DNA of 63,150 nucleotides, filler included, from Bigelowiella natans CCMP2755 (Eukaryota; Protista; Cercozoa), in assembly GCA_000320545.1 (NCBI GenBank). It is 4 parts of 4 records of this genome, joined end to end, with 100 filler letters (N's around TTAATTAATTAA, not from the genome) between each part and the next. Parts side by side here need not be neighbours in the genome. Positions count along the whole stretch, not along the records: positions 45,734 to 63,150 come from ADNK01001060.1; 3 more parts are not named here. The stretch is one strand, 5' to 3'. Position 1 is the first letter of the stretch; each line of letters begins with the position of its first letter. Position numbers and translations under genes: made by a program. This document shows, piece after piece, positions 53,278-63,150 of the stretch. Under the pieces are notes generated by a model. That model saw nothing but the letters and a program-made list of their open reading frames with translations. It ran no database searches and was not told the DNA's origin.

Positions 53278-54211
53278 ATGGTTGCCGGCTCGGTCTTGAG
53301 TGATCTGGAGGCGTGGCGTCCGAAGACACCCTTCCACCGAATTATCGTGCCAGTTGCTAGCTTCGTTTTGATTCTGTTCGTGTCGCTACACTATGCGCTC
53401 TCCGCCAACGCGGGGTAAGTGTTTCAATATGCTCTTTGTTTGTTCATTTCTTTCGGTTGGTAGTGGCCCAACACAACCCATTGGTGAGATTTTTTTCCAA
53501 TCAACGGCAGGCCCTCATTGATTGTTGAAGAGAAGCAAGGAGATGGAACTAGAGCTAGAGGGCTGATCAACGCCTACTTCGATGCATGGAATAAGCATGA
53601 CGTTGAGGTAGCGAAGATAACTACGAAACAGAGTGGTCAAGTACCCCACTTTCCTTCCTTCCTTCCTTCTGTTAGGGTCTTCGCACATTGCTAGCTCACG
53701 ATTGCAAGTTGACCGACTGGGAAACTCAAGTTTCTGGTTCGTAAGATACTCCACGCAGACCTCCACAGTTTGTCCGTCATCGTGAGAGCTGTTGTCCGGA
53801 CTGTGTCTCGCAGGTAGGGATGCAGTGGTAGAGGCAAACAGAAAGATATTCGAAAAGATGCCTGAGGTCAAAATCCAAGTGCTTGCGACGCACTTATTCA
53901 AGGGGTATGTGCTCAATATCTCTCTGCAGCTGTAAAAATGCCACATACTAAATTGTACGCTAATCATCTAGAGAAAAGTCGGCTACTTGCGAAATCCTTG
54001 TCAAGACCGGCAAAGAAGATTTAAATGTAGCTTTCCTTGCAGCTTTAAAAGAGAAGATCCCACTGATACTTTTTCCATATTGTAACTCAGGTTGCAGATA
54101 TAATCATAATTGAAAGCAATAAAATAAAGGCCATACGTGCATACAAAAAGTAGGGACGTGCTAATTTTCGATGCTGGAATCAAAAAGGCCAAACATAGAT
54201 CTACAGCTTAA
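53278..54211 (+). CDS. SnoaL/NTF2-like fold protein with N-terminal membrane anchor
   Basis: IIVPVASFVLILFVSLHYALSANAG|PSL...LINAYFDAWNKHDVE|GLRTLLAHDCKLTDWETQVS|GRDAVVEANRKIFEKMPEVKIQV...|EKSATCEILV...|VADIIIIESNKIKAIRAYK; GT-AG introns are phase-compatible. Confidence 0.8.
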
Positions 54212-54559
54212 GCTTATCTAGTTATTGCCATATTTCACTGAAGTACAGCATGTACTTGTTTGAGGCTGTGAAGATACGAAATTCCGGACGCCACCACCTG
54301 CTGAGTCGAATAGAAATAGATCCGTACGGATACGGATATTTTACCTAAAATTATCAGTAAACTTCATTTCAACTTCCTATAGCAGTGTCCATGCATGGTG
54401 GGAGTATATCAATTGGAAATGTAGGTACAGAGGCACAAATTATCAGATTTATTTAGCGAGTAATCCTAGAATTCTGTTGTAGTAACAGGCCAACGCGGTG
54501 GTAAGCCGTATTTCTGGTGTTGCCAACTGATGTCTCCTCTCACATAGCGCGAGTTTACA

Positions 54560-55420
54560 TCTACACGTGTGCACAATTTAATCGTAAATGAGACACAAGG
54601 TGTCTCATGTTCATAATGTATACATTAGATACCATGTCTATTACAATTTAATAACTAAACACGATTGCATAGCGAGTAGTGTTGTGGGTGCACTGTGCAC
54701 TGTGGTGTTTTTGCATGATACCTAGCTAGCTGACGATGCATTTCATCCCTAATGTCTAGCGGATCTACGCACATCCATATGCATAAATCCTGCAGTCTGA
54801 GTAATGCGGAAGGCTTGCTAGCTTGCCGTCACATACAGCTTTTCGGGCTTACCTTCTTCATCATCTGGTCAATTTGTGATCAGCTATGCCTAGCTAGATG
54901 CGTGTGTGTCGTGCTAAAAAAATTACTTTACTACTAAGCCAGCAAGTAACAAACGAGCCGCGAATGGAATAATGAGAGATCCACATCTAGACGTGTCTAA
55001 AGCTAGCTAGCTAGAGAGCTCTAGAGCTGTCTAGCTGTCTAGCTAGCTAGCTGTGTCATCATTTTCACAGCAGAGCATGACATGAGCTACAAGAAAGTCA
55101 AGAATTAGTCATTGCTAGATTGTTGCAACAGCATTTTTCTCCACCAGCTAGCCAGGCTAGCAGGCCTAGAGGCCCAGTTGCACAGATGAAGCTAGAAAGC
55201 GCACATCAGGTGTCGTGTCACAAATCACATTGCTACATCTCGCTACATTAGGATGTCTGTTGAACAAATTTAATTGATTGATTACATCCGTCTTACATCT
55301 CGCGAACCATGCTAGCATGCACAGCTGTAGAGCTCTAGAGCTCTAGAGCTAGACAGTGCGCATGTCTTGCACTGACAGACTGCATGCCATAGTCTAGTAG
55401 TCACAGGATGACAAATTTTT
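54560..55420. other. CTAG-rich, TpA-depleted island
   Basis: Dense ctag/gctagctag/agctctag at 54720-55400, between convergent genes. Confidence 0.75.
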
Positions 55421-55580
55421 ATCTTGCGTATTTTGCGTAGCCTACATGCATAATAGCATTCGCTCTAATATTTTCGAACATAAATTCTACTTTAAATTCG
55501 TAAATGTAACACCTGATGACTGATGTCAAGACTATTAACCTCTAATGATTATTGCCTTACATGAATATTACCATCTAAAT

Positions 55581-57367
55581 CTATTGAAACTCTGGCAACA
55601 CTGACTCATTACTTATTTTTGGTTTCTTCCCAAGAGGCTGCTCTGTTATTTTAGGATGATTTGAATCGACGACTGTATGATCATCAGGTTTTGAAGATCG
55701 CTGCAATGGAACTGCGTGATGAGGCTCGGTACGCTGTAATTCTGTCTGTGACACATGCGCAGTAGATACCTCATCATGAGCTGATCTAGATACTGTCGAC
55801 TGATGAAAATCTGCCAAATTTGTTTTTTCCTCTTGCTGATGAAATTGTACTTGTTGATTTTGTGCATGAGGTCCATAAGGTTGAGGTGTTGTTATGAGAA
55901 ATTGATTTGATGAAGACGACGTCTCTGGAGCTTGACGCTTCAGATGTGCTCGTAGATGCACCTACAATTAAAGAAGCTGAAACATTTACGTGGAAATTGC
56001 AATTACATGGTTCTCACCTTCAGATGAGATTTCTGTTTGAATCTTGCATTGCAGACCGAACAAGGGAACGGTCTTTCCCTGGGAATGAGACAGTGTTAGT
56101 TTTCGATACTGTGTGGATCGATCTATTTTAAAAAAGTGTACCCGGTGTGTACGCGAGTATGCCGTCTAAACCTGAAGAACATTTACTCTTATTAAAAATA
56201 CGATTTAATCTAATATTTTCCAATGTTTACTCGCTTCTGCTTCGGAACATCTTTGAGCAGTATGAACATGTCCAACTGTTCATATTACAGGATGAATCCA
56301 TTCCAAAAATTTAGGATGAAAATACAAACGCCTTTCATTATTTGTACCTTTTCAGTGGCACTTTAAAGGTGGTCGCTTGTATTGGGTTCATACTGATATG
56401 CTGAGCATTTGTTGAACCCAAGAATCGACCTTAAAATCAACTGTTTGTTAGTATGAATTTTCGATATTTAATTGTTGAAGACCTTGATTGTGCAACTTCA
56501 TCTCACTAATCGAATTCACCCCTTGCTGTGCCAAGTTGAGTGTTTGCGCATTCACAATATACCCTGAAATGGGCAATCCAAGACGATCAATGGCTGCAAT
56601 CATTGCTGCATCTCGGACTACGTATCTGTCGAACCAACCAAATATATCATATTATCATTATGCACTTAGTATATTTCTAATACTTAAAATTAAAACAGAT
56701 AAGTAGTTCTTATTGTTTGCTTCCACTTATTTTTTATTTACGAAATAAACTCCTTTCTGAATGATTGATAACCTTTCCTCTTGTCCCTCATTCGTATCAT
56801 CGTTTGGATTTCGGCCAGGTGGAATGCTCAGTATCGCTCCATGGTTCAATTCTTGACTCACCGATGGAATGAATGAAGAACTTGATGATTGCTGATATGG
56901 CGATGAGGAAAAGGATGCTAAGTTAGGTGGAGAAGTGTATTACAGGAAATATTACAGGAAAGTGTTACCTGGACATTTGAAACCCCAGAGCTGCTTCCTG
57001 GTGGCCAATGTGTGGGTAGCTGCTGTAACCGTTGCGAGGTACTTTTTTGATTCAGGTCAATATGCTTACGTTTTAATGATTGTTGCAATCCTTTTGAATC
57101 ATACGGTGACGATGAAGGAGGTGTAGAAAAGGTAGGAAGCTTGTGCGACAAGGATGAAATCGCAAAGGTAGGAAGTTGGTGTTGCAGTAGAGCTTGCTGG
57201 TTGTTATTAAATTTATTATTTGAATGGTTTGCATTAAACTGACTAAGAGTCTTCGGGTGCTGCATCCCTGTTTCGTTAAGCCTCACATCCATGCCCATGA
57301 CATTGCTAATGGTTCTACTTCCATGAAGATCATCCTCCATTGTGTTGCTAGTCCCATTCGATGTCAT
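55581..57367 (-). CDS. Hypothetical Q/S/N-rich low-complexity protein, multi-exon
   Basis: A 149-codon first ORF (MTSNGTSNTMEDD...SGVSNVQ|gtaac), internal exons (RYVVRDAAMIAAIDRLGLPISGY) and a 126-codon last ORF of similar composition, separated by AT-rich short introns. Confidence 0.55.
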
Positions 57368-58320
57368 TAACTACCGCAACAATGAATGCAAAACAAAAAG
57401 GTACGAAGGACGTTTCCACGCCCGAGCAAGGCCTGGAGAGAGCGCGGGGCCTTCCGATGAGTTTATCTTGGATTGGCTCCCGCCTCCTCTAGAACCGTGT
57501 GTTTAGTTTCAGTGAGTGTTTCCTCAATCTTACACAAAACATGGTCGAAGTGGCTTGCATTCACGCCCCCAAAACGGCGAAGTCGGGCCTTTTAGGATGA
57601 AATTCGAGAGAGTGTGCCATACGAAGAAAGGGTGTTGATGGCTTAAAACAAGCTTTAGATGGTGCCGGTCGCGAAGACCGAGCAGGCGGCGACTAATGTG
57701 TTCCTTGTCGCACTCATACTTTCCGCCTTCGTTTCCCTGCGCAGCACAAAGAGAGCGCCCGAATGTGCGGCTGACTGCCATCATTTTAGGCCTTTCTCCC
57801 GGTACAAATTCCCCTGGAGTTGCCTCCAATTCATTGCTTGCAAAGCAAGAACCACGCTCGTCACTTTGCGCACGCGCGCACTGAAGTTTCCAGATCTCAC
57901 GGCTCTTTGTTGAGTGTGAGTGACGAGTGAAAAGCCGCTGTTTTTTCACCGATGAAGTGGAATTTGCTGCCAAATGCAGGGAAACGGATCAGAGTTCATG
58001 ACTGGTAGCTCAGAACAGACTCTCACTGTCTCCGATCAAAAGCTCAAGGTGTCATGTTGGCGAAATTGTAGCTTTTGTTGTTGTGAACCTGCGCACATTA
58101 GGGATGTTAGTAAGTGGAAGTAGCTACAAGTTCAAAAAATAGTTATTGTGAAAATGTTTTCCATATGCAGTGAGGAAACTAAGAAACGATAAACAAAAAG
58201 ACTACAACAAACTTAAAATCCTATCATTGTATTGGGATACAATGTACTACTCATATTCTCCATAGACACGGGCACAGACCGAACATCATCTTCGGCGAGG
58301 CTCTCAGCTCTCAGGTAGTC

Positions 58321-60192
58321 ATGCAGGTGGTGGGGAGGCGGAGGCTCTGGATTGTTGCAGCTTTGTTCTGCATTGTCATGGGCTCTGTAGTCAGAATGTG
58401 GTGGACGCTTCCTGACGAGCCAGCCAGTCGTCAAACGCGCTTTGTCGCCGGACACGACGACGATGGGCAAACACAACCGATGCCCCCACCTATCAAGATA
58501 GACAAGGAGATTCAGGAGAAGCAACTGAACCGGCTTTTAGAACTCTGCCGTGTGTCAAGAGAGAAGGATGACAAGTGCCACGGGATGTCAGACCCTGAAT
58601 TTATTAAGTTTGTGGAAACACTGAACGAGCAAAATCCTTCGGGCGATCCTGTTTCAGTCAGTAGCTGGCGTCATTTTTGTCGGACCCTGGAGAACCACTT
58701 CGCTCCCGTCTGCATGGCAGCGGCGTATATCGCTGTTCCTTTTCCGCTCGAGCCCCTCGTGAATTCGAGTGACTGCTCGAAACGTGAACAGCGACAGAGT
58801 CATATCAAAGCAGAGGGCTTGCACTTCACACCACTGGCAGTGGAGACTAATCCAAATGGGGGGAAGTTCTGCACTCTTGTCCGCTCCGCAATGGCAAACG
58901 ACATAAGCTTTGAGGTGCTCGGCCAACATCTTAATAGAGGGGTTGCGCCATCCGCTAAGATGAGACTGTATCGAGACCGTCTTCTAAAAATTCCTAAAGC
59001 GGAACGCAATCGGACTGTGGTGCTAGCTGTAGACTTCCGCGACGTCATGATTCAGGCAACGAAATCTGCAATACTGCAGAAATTTCTCGAGTCTGATTCG
59101 CGGCTTCTGTTCAACGGCGAGAGCTATTGTTTTCCAATGGCATGGTTCCCAAATAACATGGGAAGGTTTCAGTCTCGTCCTTTCCACGAGAAATACCGGG
59201 AAAATCACATATGCAAGAACTTATTCCCTCAGGGAAGAAATCCAAATGTGCCGAGTTATCTAAACAGCGGTGCATTCCTCGGTTATGCAGATGCCATCCT
59301 GGAAGCCTTGGAGCCAGCACAGCGTCTTCCAAATTGGTTTTTTGACACTTTTCCGGGAACAGACCAGGGCTACTTTCAACAGATCTACCTCTCTCAATAT
59401 GTGAGAAGGATGAAAGTTGACTTTTGCCAACGAGTCTTCGTCGCTCAGGGATTCCCGAAACCCGAGCATGAGTTGCTGCCTAAAGTTAAGACTGTAAACT
59501 ACCTAGAGATGTACGCCTATGGCACGCTGGCACCACAATGGAATGCTTACTTCTTGAGCAGGACTGATTCGCAACAAGTAGAAAGTGGGGAAGTAGAGAG
59601 TGGGACTCTGAGAGTTTGGAGGAACAAGAGAAATGGTGCCATGATTCCAATTCTTCACTTCAATGGGGGCACCTACAAACACAGGGTGCCAGGTTTTTGC
59701 TCACCGATGGAAATGATGGAAGAATCCCTTTATAGCCAAACGTTTTTGTCACGCATGAGGAACTCTCCAATAGCAGGCCAACTCACACGTTGTTGGTTGA
59801 GCCCGCTGGAGTGCGGGATAGATGGCAATGAAGAGTTAAGTGAGGAAGATTTCAGTAGAGAAAATTCCAGTGTGACGTTCTTCGCAATCTATGACAGAAC
59901 GCGGGAATGGTCAAGAATTGCAAAGGCGGACGAGGGATTACACAGGAGATTTGCTTTGGGTTCACATGCCGCAGTCCAGGCATTTGGGGACAGCGAAAGG
60001 GACAAGTTTTTTGGTGTGGCGGGTGCTGACACGACACTCGACAAGACTCGGCACGATTATCCAGTATATGCGCTGGTCATGCAAATCGGAGCATTCGTAG
60101 CAGTGTGCCTCATGGCCAGTTTGTATGCATTTTGTTGTTTTAGATGCGGCTACAGTAGTTGGTGCCGATCGCATATCCCCAAATTCAATTGA
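58321..60192 (+). CDS. PLOD/LH3 N-terminal-type glycosyltransferase (GT-A), intronless, 623 aa, TM at both ends
   Basis: VVLAVDFRDV (metal-binding Asp motif), ILQKF...LLFNGESYCFP, YLNSGAFLGYA, TDQGYFQQIYL, MKVDFCQRVF and PILHFNGG occur in the order of the PLOD glycosyltransferase domain. Confidence 0.85.
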   Translation: MQVVGRRRLWIVAALFCIVMGSVVRMWWTLPDEPASRQTRFVAGHDDDGQTQPMPPPIKIDKEIQEKQLNRLLELCRVSREKDDKCHGMSDPEFIKFVETLNEQNPSGDPVSVSSWRHFCRTLENHFAPVCMAAAYIAVPFPLEPLVNSSDCSKREQRQSHIKAEGLHFTPLAVETNPNGGKFCTLVRSAMANDISFEVLGQHLNRGVAPSAKMRLYRDRLLKIPKAERNRTVVLAVDFRDVMIQATKSAILQKFLESDSRLLFNGESYCFPMAWFPNNMGRFQSRPFHEKYRENHICKNLFPQGRNPNVPSYLNSGAFLGYADAILEALEPAQRLPNWFFDTFPGTDQGYFQQIYLSQYVRRMKVDFCQRVFVAQGFPKPEHELLPKVKTVNYLEMYAYGTLAPQWNAYFLSRTDSQQVESGEVESGTLRVWRNKRNGAMIPILHFNGGTYKHRVPGFCSPMEMMEESLYSQTFLSRMRNSPIAGQLTRCWLSPLECGIDGNEELSEEDFSRENSSVTFFAIYDRTREWSRIAKADEGLHRRFALGSHAAVQAFGDSERDKFFGVAGADTTLDKTRHDYPVYALVMQIGAFVAVCLMASLYAFCCFRCGYSSWCRSHIPKFN

Positions 60193-60199
60193 GGAGAGA

Positions 60200-61270
60200 G
60201 CAACAATGCAGCAGTGCGGTCTCAAATGGAAGACTCGGAACGGTTCGGTTTGGATTTGCTGTGGCTCATGCACGTGTCTAGACCATAGTAGATGCAAATT
60301 TGGTGAGCTGAACTTTTCATTTTGATCATTGTGAGCAATGGAGCCAATCACAACTCCGTCAAACCCTGCAACGACTGGGGTTTGCACAAACAACCATGCT
60401 TTGCGCGCGCGGCCTCGCTGGCGCGCTCAATCGTTGCAATTGGACATTGGAAGCACACTGGAGCCTGTTTGAAGTTCAAGTTTGAATTTTTTTCGAATTT
60501 CAGCTTCAAAACCTCACTTTTCAACGCCTGCAAGCGGGCGCTGTGCAGATTGCAAAATGCTCAGTCACTTCTGAAACAGCCAGCGCAGTTTCACTTGCTG
60601 TGCCACAAGTTTTGCAAGTTCACAAGGGTGTGTGCACACTGCTAGACTGGCTTCACATCGTTGTGAAATTTTGGCACGTCTAGACGTGCACACGCAAAAA
60701 TTGCTGACAATTTCAGCAGACGCACGCAAAAATTGCTCTCAATTGTTGAGAGGTCATGCAACTCGTTGCAGGTTTGACGGGGTTGTGATCGTGAACTAGC
60801 AGCTTGCAAGCTGGCTAGCTGGCTAGCTGGTCCAGTGGTGAAGGAGAACAATTTGGGAGGTCCAGAGCTAGAGAGGTCCAGCTAGAGATCTCAGTCTTGT
60901 GCACGCAACAACACCCAGCTGGCCAGACTCATGGACTCTCTGGATCTCTCAATGCAACCAACACAAGCTAGCTAGCTAGCAAGTAGTGCACCGTGCGGCC
61001 GCGACGCACAGCTGGTGCCATGATGTGCTAGCACAGCAGCTTTCGTGCATGAGGCTCCCTCATGCGCACTCCATCACTGCTCACTGCTACACTGGCGCAC
61101 ACAAGCTATGCTAGCACATTGAAAGTGCACACTGCACCGCATGGCGATAATTCACAATGCAAATGCAGATCCATGCTTCTACATTGAGGTGTACCCGGCA
61201 CTGAAACTGAATTGGTTTCTAATGTTGTTCGATGACAACAAGCATGAATGTACATTTGCATGCGCTAGGC
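60200..61270. other. TpA-depleted, CTAG-sparing island
   Basis: By eye, 60301-60960 has 7 TA, all CTAG; it fills the interval between the glycosyltransferase stop and the hemE stop. Confidence 0.9.
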
Positions 61271-61312
61271 GTGATGGAAGGATGCCAACTTTTTACTGGA
61301 CATTTCGAATGA

Positions 61313-61852
61313 TTATGCAGCAGCAGTTGCTGCGGTCGCGGCCTTTGCATTCATCTCCTCAGAGGTAGCATGGATCGCATCAACAAAAGCTTTGACTAAG
61401 ACTGGATCCTGAGGGAATGAGCATCACCACAACGGAAAACAATGATTGCGGTATTAACGATAAGCGTGGAGATGATTGAGAAATTGGGAGGGGGGGCAGG
61501 AATAAAATAGCAAAGACAAGCAGATATGCGGGTAGGAAGGTTTGCGGGCTGGAATTATCTCCTCCCACATTTCCAGCCCTCGAAATTATGTGTATGGCAC
61601 CTCTTTTCCCGACAATCCCTCTCCTAAGTTTGCAATGAGACTTTGAGGGCCTGAACAAGTAAACAGCACACAACGAGCAAAATGTCATAAAGATAGCAGC
61701 ACGTTGTTACGCCAGAACGGTGACGAGTGATGAGAATGAACAATCCCCCCCCCTGCGAAGCCAGAAATCCAACAAAAAGAACCCCGAGAGGGAGGCGTGG
61801 AAACTAAGTCGCTGCATTGCTTCACTGTAGTCATCTATTCATCTGGCCACTT

Positions 61853-61893
<41 letters not shown>

Positions 61894-62722
61894 GAAGGTC
61901 TTTGGACATCACATAACTATGCATGCATCATCACCAAATTCTTCAAGCATCTCCTTGACTGCTGCCTGAACGGTCTCAGGCGTGCCTTCCTGCAACAACT
62001 TGGGGTCGAAGTTGCCTTGCAAGGTCACGCGGCGGCCGATTGGAGCTTGCCTGTGGGAAGTGGAGCAGAGGGGGAGGGTATGGAACGGTAGGGAGAGAGA
62101 CAAAGAATATGTTTAGTTTTAGTTTAACGAGCGGAAGCCTAGATATAGCGAATGATCTGCGTCAGGCATATATTTGATGAGTGCTGTGCACGCACCCCTT
62201 TTCTGCCTCCAGCCTCTCAACTTCTACTTTGCGGTCCTGTGAATAGTGCAGTTTCCATTTAACGGATGGATGGTGATACAAATACTTCGATTTGCGCGGC
62301 GAGAAGGAAGGAAGCTGGTTTATAAATGTCTCCCAATCGACTGGCGCTCTAGTCATCAACAATTCTCCCTCCTCCTCATACTCCTCCCCCCCCATTCTAA
62401 TTCCTGAGACTCAGCATCGAGGGTTTCGCTGCTGGATGTAGATATTATAGATAGCATCGTACCGCCTCTGTGTCCAACGTCACGACATCATAGCCTGCCA
62501 GCTGGAGGTCAGAGTTAGCATATTGCGCGCCGCGGGCGAAAACCTAAGAGGAAAGAGATCAATACTTCACACCACCACAGAGCAGCCTCCAACATTTTCA
62601 GCAGCAGCAGCAGCAGCATCTACAGTAGCAGGTGGCAGCACGCAACTGACCATAAGAGGGACGTCAGGGTGCTTCTCTTTCAGTCTTGAGGCGATGTTGG
62701 TCAAGTGCTTCATCTCGAACCT

Positions 62723-62760
<38 letters not shown>

Positions 62761-63150
62761 ACTGGCAGGGCGCGACGAAGATGACGAACGAAAGATGGAG
62801 AGGAGGAGGAGGAGGAGGAGGAGGAGGAGGAGGAGGAGAGGGAGGGAGGGAGAAGAAAATATATCTCCACTTTCCAGACGTAGTTTTTATTTTCAAATTC
62901 TTAGAAAGGGTTGTTCCGAGTATCATAATGAATAAATCTAATTGAATGAATAACAAGTGGATGGCTGGATTACTTCTTGAAGTTAGGCTCGGAGATGTAA
63001 GATCCCATCGCTTCGAACAGCTGGAGAAGGTCTGCACCCCTGCGAGAAGGAGGATCACGACGCCAACACATGTAAGATGATGTTTGGAAAAATACAGGTG
63101 TTTGATGACGGAAAAAGCAACGAACCTCAGAGGTCTACACGACCCCCCCC
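61313..63150 (-). CDS. hemE: Uroporphyrinogen decarboxylase, 3' part (5' outside window)
   Basis: GADLLQLFEAMG; LKEKHPDVPLM|VFARGA...AGYDVVTLD; VTLQGNFDPKLL.EGTPETVQAAVKEMLEEF|GPQSLIANLGEGLSGKE|DPVLVKAFVDAIH...AAA*. Confidence 0.9.

Noticed and set aside
1-63150. rRNA, tRNA or CRISPR features
   Set aside because: None recognised by eye; tRNAscan-SE and Infernal would be needed to exclude small RNAs.

Overview
Eukaryotic (protist-type) nuclear DNA that is gene-dense and intron-rich, with microsatellite-filled introns. The organism cannot be identified from the sequence alone. It is a scaffold with three 100-nt artificial gaps (N44-TTAATTAATTAA-N44). Splicing exons by eye supports about 18 genes: a TFIIS-like factor, a PIL-repeat hypothetical, a small Tudor protein, an aldo-keto reductase, DDX24/MAK5, a Kelch protein, IFRD, a 7-TM protein, a Cys-rich membrane protein, SCAR/WAVE, a coiled-coil hypothetical, a HEAT-repeat protein, a PUL-like C-terminus, a large hypothetical, a SnoaL/NTF2-like protein, a Q/S-rich hypothetical, an intronless PLOD-type glycosyltransferase and HemE. 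Gene models are manual and many boundaries are approximate. The most striking unexplained signal is a set of 0.4-2 kb intergenic islands where TpA is almost absent except inside CTAG, while CA/TG (TGCA, CATG) is abundant. The islands lie downstream of gene 3' ends and are largely missing from divergent promoter intervals. This looks like the footprint of a targeted A:T->G:C hypermutation (TAH->TGH), opposite in polarity to fungal RIP, which I cannot assign to a described system.
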